Part shown: positions 13,485 through 28,760 of the stretch, piece after piece | How the letters are laid out: each line of letters opens with the position of its first letter | Position numbering within the stretch: position 1 is the stretch's first letter | The notes under the pieces: model-generated | The model's database searches: none | Told to the model about the DNA's origin: nothing | The model's input: only the letters and a program-made list of their open reading frames with translations | Translations under genes and position numbers: made by a program | Source: Octopus sinensis | Lineage: Eukaryota | Direction: 5' to 3' | Assembly: GCF_006345805.1 (NCBI RefSeq) | Contig: NW_021833648.1 | Span: 1-64,000, forward strand | DNA length: 64,000 nt

Positions 13485-13572
13485 CACCACCACCACCACC
13501 ATCGCTGCGTTCATTACCACTAAACAAGACACCACGGCCGCTGCCGCCGCCGCCACCACCATAACGCTACAT

Positions 13573-13608
<36 letters not shown>

Positions 13609-13914
13609 CGCGTTCATTACCACTAAACCAGACACCACCGCCTATGCCGCCGCCACCACCGCCACAACGCTACTACTACGACTACTACCACCACCACCAC
13701 CATCGCCGCGTTCATTACCACTAAACAAGACACCACGGCCGCTGCCGCCGCCACCACCGCCACCACCACCACCACGTTACTACTACTACTACTACTACTA
13801 CTGCTGCTGCTGCAACTACTACTACTACCACCACCACCACCGCGTTCATTACCACTAAACCAGACACCACCACCGCCGCGGCCACTGCCACCACAACCAC
13901 CACTACGCTACTAT

Positions 13915-13958
<44 letters not shown>

Positions 13959-13984
13959 GTGCTGCTGCTGCTACTACAACAACA

Positions 13985-14028
<44 letters not shown>

Positions 14029-14140
14029 AAACAACCACTCCCACCACCTCACTGCTACTACAAACAATCACCCCACCCATACAACCTCCTTCCACTATCA
14101 CATCCAACTGCTACCGCCACTACTAACAAAAGCAGTAGAG
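13330..14140. repeat. Minisatellite with variable internal (CAC)n/(CTA)n tracts
   Basis: The core gcgttcattaccactaaac recurs five times (near 13361, 13507, 13611, 13708 and 13842). Confidence 0.85.
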
Positions 14141-14799
14141 AGGGAGTACTGAAGTACTCAGGTGCGATTGAACGGTCACTACTCACTAATTGTGTTAGCT
14201 TTTGTGCGTGTGTGACGACTTAACAATGGACGGCGTTTCTTTAACTGCATCAACAAGAGCATTGAAAAAATAATGACGATAGAAACAACAGCAACAATAA
14301 CAATAGCAACGGCAACATCAATATTAGCAACAACGATACCAACAACTGCAATGACAAGAGCAATAAGAGCACCAAACAGCGAAAACATCAACAGCAATAT
14401 TGTGGAAAATAGCGAAGATAACAACAAATAAAATGGTAACAACAATAGCAAAAATAGCAACAACAACATCAACAGCAGCAGCCGTTGAAGAATTTGGACC
14501 TGGAGATCTCTATTTCCAGCGACTTCAAGGGCCACCTCCCAGTGGTGTCGCGGGCGTCAACGAAGAGCCCTCGACTACAACAAGACGACCAAAGTCTTTT
14601 TTTTTCCTTCCAAGGTCTGGGGTCTCCCGTCCCTAAGCCCTAGACCATCACCTAATCACCCTTACCCGTCTTGTTGCTTAACAACAACAACAACAACAAC
14701 AACAATCAACAGCAGCACTGTTGTTAAAATTAGCGTAAGAACATCTCCAGCAAAAACAACCTAGCAGCAGTAATATGAGGGCATGCGCAGTAACACCAT

Positions 14800-15112
14800 A
14801 GCACGGCATCAGCCCTTTGTTGGTGATTCTCTACTCTTGGCGGATGACATCTTTGCACCTATCAGGCGACAACCATCCAATCAACAGGTTTGTTTCGGTA
14901 GGCATTGGTGGTGAGGGTTTTACAAAGTCGGAGCGCAAATCCTACCACAACCTGTTTTAGCAGCCATTTTATGACACGCTGAGGAAACGTTGGGTCTATT
15001 CTTTCGTATGCCGGTCCCCACAGAGCAATAGAACAAATCGTTTGGTCTGAGAATCGAACTCCCATCTGGCGATCTTGAGTACGATACCATAACCTCTTGG
15101 CCACGCACCTTC
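14800..15112 (-). mobile_element. Diverged tRNA-derived SINE
   Basis: gtgaaggtgcgtggccaagaggtt..gagttcgattctc head; lies in CAA-rich sequence. Confidence 0.6.
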
Positions 15113-15440
15113 ATATAACAACAACATTGAAATCTGTGATGACTATAATAACAATTACATCAATGGAAACAACAGTGTTAACAGTAACATAACAACGTCA
15201 ATAACTCAGAAAAGTGATAATGACCATAACAACAGCCACAATAGCAATAGCTACGGTAGGTGCAGCAGTAACAACAGTAACTGTAACAACAAAACAATAG
15301 CCTTAAAAAATAATAACGATAGCAACAACAATAATGATATTAGCAACAATATGAAGAATAACAATACGATAGAAACAACAATAGCATTGAAAAATAACTT
15401 CAACAATAGCAACAGTAACAACAACAATGTAATAACTATT

Positions 15441-15657
15441 GTTGTTGTTCGTTCCTTCTCGAGCCATGCCTGGCTCATAAAGGCCGGTTTCCCGGTTTCC
15501 TTGGCGTATTGGTTCCCCACCATTACCTTCTGCCGGAGCCGCATGGGGCTTAGGTTTTTCGCTCATAAACACACACATCACCCGGCCGGAGATTCGAACC
15601 CGTGATCTCTCGACCGCGAGTCCCCCGCTCTAACCACAAGGTTATGTGCCTCCGCGT
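15441..15657 (-). mobile_element. Family-D-like SINE with a different 3' tail ending in (AAC)n
   Basis: D-like head (ggaggcacataacc..ggttcgaatctcc); tail gagccaggcatggctcgagaaggaacgaacaacaac. Confidence 0.7.
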
Positions 15658-15817
15658 AATAACTATAGCAAGAATAATAATAGCAATGACATTAGAAACA
15701 AGGTCGACAATTAAAACAACAGCATTAGCAACAAAACAACAGAAACAATAACAGTATTGCAAAAATAACTACAACAATAGCAACAGCAATAGCAACAGCA
15801 ATAGCAACAGTAACAGT

Positions 15818-15849
<32 letters not shown>

Positions 15850-16171
15850 CGTCAATAGTAGCAGAGCGACAATGTAACAACATTGAAACATAATAACAGC
15901 AACAATGACGACAATTGCAGAAACACTGAAAATAGTTTGTATCATTAAGAAGCTCGCTTTTGCAACGTGATTTTCGGTTCAGTTCCACTACGTAGCACCT
16001 TGGACAAGTGTCCTCTACTCTAGCCCTTGGCTGACCAACACCTTGTGAGTAAATTTTACACACGGAAGCCCATCGTATTTGTATATGTATGTGTAATATA
16101 AATAATATATAAATATATGCATATTTACATACATATATGTACATACCTTCATATATATGCATATATACATG

Positions 16172-16682
<511 letters not shown>

Positions 16683-16770
16683 GTATATACATATATATAT
16701 ACATATATATGTAGGCATGTACATATATGTATGTATATATGTATGTGTATATATATATAATATATATATA

Positions 16771-16811
<41 letters not shown>

Positions 16812-17529
16812 TATGTAGGCATGTACATATATGTATGTATATATGCATGAGTGAGCGTGCATTTGTCTACACATCTCTTTGCAGCTGGCGTTAGTTTATT
16901 TACATTCCTGCAACTATGCGATACCGCAAAACAGACTGATAGAATAAGTATCAGAATTATAAAATATGTACTGGGTTTGCTCTGTTGTAATAAGCACTTC
17001 ATGGTGGTGTCCTTACATGGAACGTGTAAATGGTAAAACCTCTTAACGACAACATTAAAGATATCAATATGAAAAACGGGAACGAAAGTCGCAACGATTC
17101 TAAAAACACTAGCAACTACATCAAGAATAATAACGGCATTGCCAACGGAGTGCTGGAATGTTCCTGGCTTTAAGGGTATCATAAACAAACAAACAAACAA
17201 ACAAACAAACGTGACTGAAAACAATACCTCCGCTTTCGCTAAGGCGGGAGTAAGAATAATAATAACAACAAAACTAACAGCATCTAAAAGCAAGACAGAC
17301 ATTCAGAACATGATCAGTGGATGTGACAACATTTGTAACAACAACAACAACAGTAATAACAATAAGAATAGCTGTAATAATGCTGGTTATTTAAAGTAAT
17401 GGCCATAGTAGCAACAACGGTAAAGCAACAACAACGTTATCAGTTACATGGACAGTATAAAAATAACAAAATCAGTGTAACAGTAACTGCAATAAGAATA
17501 ACAACACCGATATCAACAGCAACAACAAC

Positions 17530-17885
17530 AGGAGGCGCAATGGCCCAGTGGTTAGGGCAGTAGACTCGCGGTTTCGATTCCCAGACCGGGCGTTGTGTGT
17601 GTTTATTGAGCCAAAACACCTAAAGCTCCACGAGGCTCCGGCAGGGTGGTGGTGGCGACTCCTGCTGTACTCTTTCGCTCCAACTTTATCTCACTCTTTC
17701 TTCCTGTTTCTTGTCCCCGACTTCCTACGCAACCGCTGAGCCTGGATGCGCATTCATCCATCCGTCGATGCTCTCGGTGTCGGAGTATGACCTTCTTTTT
17801 CTTCTGCGGGTATTACGAATAGCAAAGGACCACGTTTCGGATTTCTCCCATCTTGCGAGCTCTGGGACGAAAACCGTTCGCTCAA
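17530..17885 (+). mobile_element. tRNA-derived SINE (family D) with (CAG/CAA)n tail
   Basis: ggaggcgcaatggcccagtggttagggc..ggtttcgattccc; ends ccgttcgctcaacagcagc. The 5' half is repeated at 37398-37557. Confidence 0.82.
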
Positions 17886-18486
17886 CAGCAGCAGCAGCAG
17901 CAACAACAACAACAAAATAGCAACATAAACAATGGTACCAAGAACAGTAGAAAGATCAATAGCAACAACAGCAAAAAAACATAGGTGGTTTTAAGTTGAC
18001 GTTTATGATCCTTAAATGTAAAGTATGAATATTAAACCATACTTAATAGGCTTTGTTCTCTCACCGATTTCACGGTAAATGGTGATGCTTTGAATTTTAG
18101 ATGTTGATGTCGTTCAAAATGATCCCGTTTGTTTTCCAGTATGTTTTAGATATGGAAATGTAGGTTTCTCAATTTCATGCAAGCTCTTAGTTTTTATTTT
18201 CTGGCAAATTTTCTCTTTTTCTAATCTATAATTAAATTTTTGCATTGGAACAGTTATTGTATTTTCTAAATCTGATACTCTTAATTGGCAACATATTTTT
18301 GAAAACTCTGTCGAGAAGTAAGTAGTTATAAGAAAAAATGTTCCTTTTAATAAAATGGCTGCTTTAATTTTATTCATCAAAGAAAATATTGATCAAATTT
18401 ATCTTTTTCTGAAATAAATTTTCAATATTCAGCACGTGAGGTAGTTTTACCCTTGTGATAATTTTAATGTTTTTAGAGGAAGTATA

Positions 18487-18902
18487 CTACCTCTGATCAA
18501 TAAGTATCTGGACTGTTGTCATAGTAACGAAACTAAAGCATGCAGAGTAAAACCGCTTGATAAAGATTGACCTTAAACTCTGCTGTGCATGCGCACTAAG
18601 ACTTAACGTTCTAGCTCACTTCCGGCGTTTACAGCAGTGCTTGGAAGGACTGACAATGACAGAAAAAATTCTCACGGGAATACCTGCTCAAAGGCCTACA
18701 AAATGTTGCAGAAAGTGTATGGAGAGGAGTGAATGAGCCGCACACAAGTGTAGGAGTGGTTCAGACGTTTCCAAGATGGCCGAAAAATGTCGATATTGAC
18801 GAATGTTCTGGGAGACCCGCAACCAGAAGAACTGAGAAAAACATCGCAGATGTGCATGGAGCAGTGAGAGGAAATCGTCGAATCACCATCCGTGAGTTAT
18901 CT
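18487..18902 (+). mobile_element. Mariner 5' part: left TIR and HTH region
   Basis: TA followed by ..tctgatcaataagtatctggac; YKMLQKVYGEE*MSRTQV*EWFRRFQDGR..SGRP..NRRITIRELS. Confidence 0.85.
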
Positions 18903-19795
18903 ACATGCTATGAATCAATGGGAAGAAAAAAACAAAATGCAACTAAACGAGAGAAAACTTGAGCTGATCCATTTTGAAAAAAAAGACTATGCTAAATCAG
19001 TCATACTCTCTTCCTTCAGGTTAACTTCCCCATCATCTTATAATATCAGAGACCTTGAAACAATTGTTGATAACAGTCTCATTTGGAGTGCCCACATCGA
19101 CAATAAAGTCGATATTGTTCGTAGGAGGAGCTCCTGGATCCTGAGAACCTTCCGGTCCAGAGGACAAGGTATTCATCATTCCACGTTTCTCCTTTGTACG
19201 GCCACAGCTCAAATACTGCTGTCCCTGTGGTCTCCCCATACAAAACAAAACATCTCGAAAATTGAAACACCTCAGTGGTCCTTCACTGACAGATTTAAGG
19301 TCATGAGGGATCTCGATTATTGGGACACCTGAAAGCATTGAAATTCTGTTCTCTCCAGCGTCACCGCGAGCGATATACCATTTGCTCGATGTGGAGAATA
19401 TATCACTAACATTGTCCAAACGACCTCAATATTAACTTCAAAATTCATCCAATGCTATGACCACGGGCGATACGTCCCCTACCCAATTCAGGATCAAAGC
19501 ACATAAATACACTGCAAGACAATTTCGTTTCCTCAACAGACCCTCCCTATTTAACATTGCCCCGAAACAGATCAAAGAGGAAAAGGATCTCCTTAACTTT
19601 GAACGGAACCTGGACAAATTTCTTCAAGGAATACCAGATAAGCAACCTATACCTGGATACAACTCCGTCAACCAGAACTCCCTACTGGAATGAACCATGA
19701 TAACACAAATCTTGACTTCAAAATGATTTACATTAGGTGGTGCTATTAAGTTAGACATGGTCTGGTTCAATCTTTGGTCGAAACCTATCTAAGTT
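18903..19795 (+). mobile_element. CR1/L2-type LINE 3' fragment
   Basis: QWEEKNKMQLN..RDLETIVDNSLIWSAHI..WILRTFRSR..LWSPH..SLQRHRERY resembles the post-RT region of CR1/L2 ORF2, followed by a 3'UTR. Confidence 0.8.
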
Positions 19796-20445
19796 TATAT
19801 ATATACATACGTATATGTACATCTATACATACATACATACATACATACATACATACATACATACATACATACATACATAAATTCAGGGTGAATACTTGAT
19901 AAGTGTAAGCACCTGTAGATGCCAGCTAGTAGCAGAGGTGAGAGGGTATATGCATTAAATGAAATAAAAAAAACAGAACACAAAGGATGCCGCGGTACAC
20001 GTGTTTCAAGCTTTATACAACAACCTATTCTTACATCAATGTATAATCGACATAACAGATGGTTAAAGCTCTCTTCAGCCGCATGCAATTGCTATACCAA
20101 AGACTTCCATCACATTATTAAAAAAATGAAAATGTACATTTAGTATTATCTATAATGGTGAGTATATTGAGTTTCACTGAGAAAGTATGTTTGTAAATCT
20201 TCATAATCAAATAGGTGTGTAGGGTATCATTGGACTTCAAAAATCCGTCCATACTCTATCATTTCTATGTTGACTGATGATAGAGTATGTACGGCTTACA
20301 CGTTGAAAAGGAACAGGATGGAATTAAGCAAGTGAAATGGAGAGGATTTGATTTCATTTATGAATCTTGAAAATTATCAATGCATTTTGAGGGTTATTTA
20401 AACGAGTCATGAAGTTATGATATTTGTATTCATGTTTGCAATCAC

Positions 20446-20497
<52 letters not shown>

Positions 20498-21096
20498 TTA
20501 CCGAAATGAATTGAACTTTTTAACAGAAGAAAGGTGATTGACTTGAACGTTTCGCACTCCTTGCATTCATCATATATTCCGATGAAGGGTAGCAGGTCGA
20601 AGCTTCGAAATCACTGTTACCTACGAACATATAAAGTTTCATAAACATTTCTAGTCAAATTTCTTATAAAATGTGACATAAAACACAAATTTATATATAT
20701 ATATATATGTATATGTATTTATGTATGTGTGTGTATGTATGTATATGTGTGTGTATTTGTGTTTCTCTGTGTGTGTATGTAAGTCTGTATTGTATACACC
20801 TCCACACGCAGACACACACATACACATGCACGCATACACGCACACACACACATATCTGTATATATATAATTCTAATATTTTAATCGATACACTGAAAAGC
20901 TCATGGCAGTACACCACTGCGTTTACTACAACGTGCTGCGTTATAATCTACTATTGGGTTCTTAATGTATTTTGTGGTATATTTTGATTCAAAGAACAAA
21001 CACATACTAAATAATAATGATAATGATGATGATAATAATAATAATAATGATGATGATAATAATAATAGTACAATAATAATAATAATAATAATAATG

Positions 21097-21159
<63 letters not shown>

Positions 21160-21254
21160 TAATAATATAGTAACTTCTCATATAGATATATGGGTGTTGT
21201 ATATATCAAACTATATATATATATATATATGTATATACATGTTATATATATATA

Positions 21255-21298
<44 letters not shown>

Positions 21299-21526
21299 TT
21301 ATATATGGATGCTTGTAAGTATGTATGTATGTATGTATCTATGTATGTATGCATATATGTATGTATAATACGATTCAGGTTTCACATCCTTTTACAGGTA
21401 TACTAGTAGCTTTTAACGACAATATATAATCGATTAACAAGACATGCAGCTGTTTAAACTGTCTTCAATTATTTACGCTTATACGTATAATACATACATA
21501 TACATATACCTACATTACATATATAT

Positions 21527-21584
<58 letters not shown>

Positions 21585-21946
21585 TTATATAAATACACAC
21601 ATATGCACACGTATATATATATCCGCATGTGCACATAGATATGCATACGTGCACCCTTGTGCGCATGTATATATATGCATTTCTACGCATAATATTCCTT
21701 AATAGCTTTGCTGTCATTTTATATCGGATTACTTAGACTTACATAACACCACTTGGCACTGTATGTAACCAATGATCACCTGACAAGCACAGGCAGTTGC
21801 CGCTACATCTGTCGTCGGTTTACTCTTCTTGTTCTTTGTCTTTTTCTTTTCATACATTTCTCCATGTTCTTATTTGTTAAAGCATATAAGACATACACTC
21901 GCCCACACATACACACAAACATACACATACCTTATATATAATATAT

Positions 21947-22007
<61 letters not shown>

Positions 22008-22026
22008 TATTATATATGTATGTATA

Positions 22027-22086
<60 letters not shown>

Positions 22087-22108
22087 GTATATTATATATA
22101 TATATATG

Positions 22109-22153
<45 letters not shown>

Positions 22154-22529
22154 ATATATATATATATATATAAAATATATATATATGTATATAAATGATG
22201 TATATATTTGCATATGAATATAAGATTGTGCGTGAGGGAGTAAGGAATAGATAGGGAGATATAAGGAGAGAGGGAGAAGGGGTGAGAGAGAATGGTTAAG
22301 AAAGAAAGAGAAAGAGAAAGTGCTTTTGTAGTTCCAGATCACTATATTCCATTAAACTAAGAGTTTAATGTCCTTATTGTACCTCGTCATCAAGATCCAT
22401 ATTGTCTTATGTTATTACATTACCAGCTATCTACCTATACACATACATACATATATACATACATACATACATACATACATACATACATACATGCATACAT
22501 ATGTATGTGTGTGTATGAATATATATATA

Positions 22530-22560
<31 letters not shown>

Positions 22561-22568
22561 ACATATAC

Positions 22569-22630
<62 letters not shown>

Positions 22631-23596
22631 GTCTGTCTGTCTATCTGTCTGTCTGTATGTATGTATGTATGTATGTATAAATATATATATACTCAAAGTT
22701 CCGCTTTGCAACCACGTTTTTCGAGTTCAATCCCGTTGCGCAGTACCTTAATTAAATATCTTCTACAGACATCTCCGGCCAACCGATACCTACCTTTTGA
22801 GCGAAATTTGTCGACAGAAATTGTGCGGTAACCCGTCATATATTTTTTAATATATGTGTATTTTTGTGTCTCTGTCTGCCACACCACCCACCGCTGGACA
22901 AATGGTATTGTTTTTTTCTTTTTTTTTTTTACTACCCGATAGAAAATCTACCGACTATTACTCATGCAAAGCGGTGACCCAACATGGAAGCAGCCCAATG
23001 ACTGAAACTAGTAGTTGTGTTGGTGTTAGTAGTAGCAGTAGATGTGGTTGTAGTGGTGGTGGTGGTGGTGTTGGCGGTGGTGGTGTTGGTGGTGCTGGTG
23101 ATAGAAGAGCTATTGGTAGCGATATTGATAATTATAGTTGTATATTGTTATTGATTTTGGTAAGGTGAGCATGCTGAATTGTTAATGCGCCGGACAAAAT
23201 GCATAGCGGTATTTCGTTCATATTTTAATTTCTGTGTTCAGAAGACGACATTATCTTTCCATAAAATAAGTACCAGTTGAACACTGAGGTTGATTTAATC
23301 GTTTTCCGTCTAATCTCAAAATTATTGTCCTTGTGCCAAAAATTTGAATAAATTATCGATATCGGTTTTGTCTAATCCCAGCTCTACCTTGATCGTACAA
23401 CTTGATTAAAAGCATTCAAAATGGTTTCTATCCCCCCTTTGTGTCTCTTGGAGACATCATTATCCAAATTTTTCATTTTTTAGCAGTTAGACATCAGTGT
23501 CGATAGAATATATCTGAGAAGCATGTACCATGCTCTCGTTAATTATATTAAATGCCTGTGTTATCACGAGCGTAAAATACGACCACCTTTCAGCTG

Positions 23597-23636
<40 letters not shown>

Positions 23637-24003
23637 TAGAGACATGCAGTGGGATAGGGAGTTGAGGGTGAAACAAACAGACAGAGAGTGAAAGAGAAAG
23701 AGACAGAGAGGAAGGAGAGAGTTGAATACTGCTTCAACATTAGGTTGGTACTCATTTTCAGCCGACTGGGACAACCAGACCCAAGGTATCGGCTGGTCCA
23801 GTCGCTGAACCCACGATCTTATGATCAAGAGCACAACACTCTAACCACCACGTCATGAACCTGCATAAGACAGTAATAACTGACACTAGTTTGATAGAGA
23901 GATGGCTGTTACGTCTAGCAAATTATACTACCGCATAGACGCTTCCTCGTTTCTTCGTCTAACAATGGATCTAATGATTGGTGATATAGCAGATGTTAGC
24001 AGT

Positions 24004-24066
<63 letters not shown>

Positions 24067-25269
24067 TAGTAGTAGTAGTAGTTGTAGTAGTGTTGCAGTA
24101 GACAAATGAAACACGTGAGTGGAACACAGGGTGTAGTTAGGGATTGTCGCCATAAAATATACACCATCCGGGCATCTGTTCGGTCTGTTTACGTCAGACC
24201 CTCGTTACCAGATGTCGTGACTATACCGATATTATTTTTGCTGTTGTTGCCATTATAGCTGTAGTTTGTTGTTGCTGTTGTTGTTTGAGTCTATTGTTCA
24301 ACTACATCTTGGCAATTGGCTTTTATATCCTATAGCTGAAATACACATCTTAACTCTCTTTGTATGTGACTATATATAGAGGTCTACATATGTATATGTG
24401 CATACTAGACATAAGATTTATAAACTACAAAATATAAATATCCACACTACCACACTTGAAACGTACCTGTTATAACTCTTTATCTCAATTTGAATGTATG
24501 CGAAGGTATTTAGAATGCCAAAATTTATTTCTGCAAATGTGCTAAGCACTGATACTGACCATAGTTTAATCAATAAGCATAGTTGTGAGGTAAATGCAAT
24601 AAAAATAAGGAGGTGGGATCAGTGGGCCCTCATTTAAGCGGCCCTTCAGAAACTGAACCTCCTTACGATATTCTCTGGGAGTTCATGATATGAAATCCAC
24701 TGTCATTGTTCTGATCTGGTCGCCAGTGCCATGTATTTAGTTTAAAATGCAATAAAAATTAGGGGTGGGTCAGTGGTGCCCCAATTAGGCGGCCCTTAAA
24801 ACAATAGATCCCCTTAGGACATCGCTAGGATTAGGGGAGTTGCTGATTTGAATTTCGTTGTCCTTGCACTCTAGGGGGAGTTAACGAACATAAAACGTAA
24901 CGGAGAAGAGGAACATCACTCAAATTTATAATAGGATATGTATACCTGTATATGATTACACGAGCAAAACGTCCCCCGTCCAATGGACGGTGCTGAGTTG
25001 TCAAACATTTAAACCAAATTTTCTCAAAACAACTTGTCCGACCGTCCCAGAGGCCACCCCTTTGCGAAACGCTGATTTAACCTAAATTTGAGACACCAGC
25101 AAAAGAAGAAATAAAGATAGACTTTTTTTCTATTCCAAAGAAAAACGATTTTATTCACACAAATATGCAACCGAAGAGTTTAAAGTACCAGTAATGATAA
25201 GGCTGTTGACTGGGAGAACACAAACATGGTTTAAGCAGTAAGCTTGGCAGGAAAGAAACGTGCTCTTAA

Positions 25270-25502
25270 GCAGTACAAAAACGACAAAAAATGGAAGGTG
25301 CAGTTATGTACAGGTTGACGGAAGAAAAGCAGGACAAAAACGGCTTTATCGATCGCATTCTCACTTGGAATCGATTTTTAAAATATACACGCCCTGATAC
25401 CGTCGGTATCTACATATCAAATTTGAGCGCAATCGGATGGAGGATGCCCGAGATCCGAGAAGACACACACACACACACGCAGAACGGATTTTATATAAGA
25501 GA
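25270..25502 (+). mobile_element. Possible Helentron-associated (DINE-1/HINE-like) element
   Basis: caaatttgagcgcaatcgg..(CA)n..ttttatataagagat resembles the HINE 3' layout. No Rep/helicase sequence present. Confidence 0.4.
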
Positions 25503-26649
25503 TGTCGTGTATAATCATATTTGAGAGCATAAAAGGCGCCCGGGCATATTAAACGCACCACAATTTCAGCAGAGCATATTTAGCTAAAGAAATTCTTTAG
25601 AACCTTCTAGCTAATGGGAGGTCCAACTTCCTTCATAGAACCCGGGATGATATTTTGATATATATTTTGCGGCGGGGTGAATGGGGTTTGATATACCAGC
25701 AAATACGGTGTGTGTGTGTAACCGTATGTATTATTCTGTATGCATTTTGAAGGTATGCCTCCTTTTCAGATTAATTATTTAAAACATTTCAATATTTAAT
25801 TTAAATTAAGGCAGCGAGCTGGCTAAATCGTTAGCACGCCGGACAAAATGCCTCGCAGAAATTCGACCGTCTTTACGTTCTGAATTCAAATTCCGCCGAC
25901 GTCGACTTTACCTTTGACCCTTTCGGAGGTGGGGTGTTTCGATGAAATAAGTGCATTTAAAGACGTAAAGCGTTAAATATACACTGTATACTTCAAACCC
26001 AGGCGAAACGAATAGCCTAGGAGGTGAACAAGAACGATAGATATCGATAGTTTGCAGTTATTTCCCTTCAGCGGTGCCGTATATTCCCTGAAGGGAATAA
26101 AACACACACACACACATTAATTATGTAATACTAACTTCAATTTTTGGCATAAGGCCAGCAATTTCAGGGAGGAATAGAATCGATGACATCGATCCCACTG
26201 ATCAACTGGTACTAATTTTATCGACACCGGAGGAATGAAAGGGAAAGTCGACCTTGGCGGAGTTTGAAATGAGAATACAAAGACAGATGAAATGCGGTTA
26301 AGTATTTGACCCGGCGTGCTAACGATTCTGCCAGCTTGCTGCTATCCACTAACTGTATGATATTGATGATATTTAATTTTAATATTTAGTAAATTATAAG
26401 TGATATGTATATATTATACATATAGACTAGACATGTATTGAATTATTTGTAAGATATTTTATTATTTAAACATTTGATTAATTATTTAAATTTAAATTTA
26501 TTATTTAAATTAATTTGTCATTTGAAATTAATTATATATTGTACTGATTTTCTTACCTTTACTAAAGTACACGTACCCGGGTATTTATCAAAATATACAC
26601 ATTCACACATACCTAAACACACACACACACACATACATACATACATACA

Positions 26650-26682
<33 letters not shown>

Positions 26683-26749
26683 GCATGCATACATACATAC
26701 ATACATATGTACATACTTACATATGTACATACATACATACATACGTACA

Positions 26750-26780
<31 letters not shown>

Positions 26781-27554
26781 GCAGAAACAAATTTTTACAC
26801 ATAGCTACATAAAAAAAGACGAGAAAGAACGAGGCTAATTAGAAAATTACAGATAGAAACCATTAACGGAACTGTGAATATGTCAAACATTGCGGAAATT
26901 TGGCATGTAATTACCACCAAAACATGTACTCATACACACACATAGATACATGCTTATAGACATGTATACATGTATACATATATACATGCAAACACGCATA
27001 CATATTCATATATATATATATATGTATATGTATATATATTCTTTTACTTGTTTCTGTCATTTGACTGTAGCCATGCTAGGGCAGCCTTCAGTCGAAAAAT
27101 CGACCCCAAGACTTATTACTTGAAAGCCAAGTACGTATTCAATCGGTCTCTTTTGCCGAACTGCTAAGTTATGAGGACGTAAACATATCAACATCCGTTG
27201 TCAAGCGATGCTGGGGGGACAAACACAGACACATAACTACACACACACACACACACACACACATCTCTTAATCGAATGCAGTGCGCTAGCATAAAAAGAG
27301 TATAAGTGCAGGCATGACTGTGTCGGAAAAGAGTGAATACGTCGATTCAAAGTAACAGAAACGTGGCATCAGCACCAACCAGGGGTTGTGGTAGAGAATA
27401 AGAATTATATAATTTTATGCGATATTTCCATAAAAATTGGCCATGTTATTAGAAGAAAGAAGATTAGATTTGATTGTAAAAGTTAAATAATAAAACAAAC
27501 ACTGTAAGAGCGTAGACTCTGCAATACCACAAGATAATAAATTGAATACAAAAC

Positions 27555-27770
27555 AAAATTGAGAAATATTAGGATGTAGCCAGAGATTTGAAGAAATTGT
27601 GGAAGATCAAGATGACAAATAGTCTTGATGTTACCGGTGCACTTGGTATAACAGACAAACTGCAGCCGTAGAGGTTGGAGGATATTGTAATTAGGATTCA
27701 CATCGTCGACCTACACAAGGATCTCAAGAAAGATTTTTGATATTTGGGGCGCCTTTCTACCAACAATCCT
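27555..27770 (+). mobile_element. Old R4/RLE-type C-terminal remnant
   Basis: KIEKY*DVARDLKKLWKIK..TGALG resembles the RLE C-terminal motif. Confidence 0.55.
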
Positions 27771-27929
27771 CAAGACAAAATCTCTGCTAACCGCATGTAA
27801 TTGCTTTAACAATAATCAATCGATCGTTTTAGGCGGGTTGCCCAGACCAAAGCCACTCTTTCTCTCCAAGCATTCCTGTCTGCCATGATATTTTTAGGTC
27901 TTCTATCTCTAACTTGACATCACAAGAGA

Positions 27930-28330
27930 AGTGATCATTGTACATCATTCTGGGTCATTCAGCATGAGAATTCCCGTGGCCTAGGATCCACAAAAAGAGT
28001 TCAATCACGAATTCATCTTTGCTTCGATAGCAGTTACCAGCATATCTTCTCCGCTTTCGAATGATTGATGATACTTTAAGGATGTTTGCATAAAGCTTTT
28101 CTTTCGCTGGGTGTTGTTTCCATGATTTGCTGAGAACAGCACGCAACATACGTGTCTATCAAGGTTTATCAAGCTTGCTCTTTTTATCGTTTTTGTCAAA
28201 GCTGATGCTGATTAACAGTAGACAACTGTTTCTACTATGGCTTTGAAAAATTCTTTTTTCATCCGGTCAAGTAATATAGATTCACAAAATTCTTAATTTG
28301 TTCAGTGTACTAAATGCATTTGCTATTTGG
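27930..28330 (-). mobile_element. RTE-clade LINE 3' fragment
   Basis: MLRAVLSKSWKQHPAKEKLY..RRRYAGNCYRSKDE..LW matches the RTE C-terminal pattern (LRAILNKSWKQHP..RHAGHC.RSKDE). Confidence 0.75.
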
Positions 28331-28363
28331 ATTGATACCTCTTTCTCAGTGAATGCGATATAT

Positions 28364-28760
28364 ATTTCTTTATTGCACACGGAGGGCTAAACAAGGACAG
28401 ACAAACGGATTAAGTCGATTATATCGACCCCAGTGAGTAACTGGTACTTATTTAATCGATCCCCATAAGATGAAAGTCAAAGTCAACCTCGGCAGAAATT
28501 CAACTCAGAACGTAACGGCAGACGAAATACCTATTTCTTTAAGCCCACAAGGGGCTAAACACAGGGAGGACAAACAAGGGCAAACAAACGGATTAAGTCG
28601 ATTATATCGACCCCTGTGCGTAGCTGGTATTTAATTTATCTACCCCGAAAGGATGAAAGGCAAAGTCGACCTCGGCGGAATTTGAACTCGGAACGTAACA
28701 GCAGACGAAATTCCGCTAAACTCTTCGTCTAGCACGCGAGCGATTCTGCCAGCTTGCCGC
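28364..28760 (-). mobile_element. Two head-to-tail SINE B2 copies (28364-28531 5'-truncated; 28533-28760 full)
   Basis: Two successive atttcttta..ggctaaac..gacgaaat blocks. Confidence 0.87.

Noticed and set aside
13330-14140. Regularly recurring core with variable spacers, superficially CRISPR-like
   Set aside because: The spacers are trinucleotide tracts, the context is eukaryotic, and there are no cas genes.
20575-20630. Hammerhead-like strings here and near 30955, 50548 and 52580
   Set aside because: Essential core positions are mutated and the stems are incomplete; too degenerate to call.
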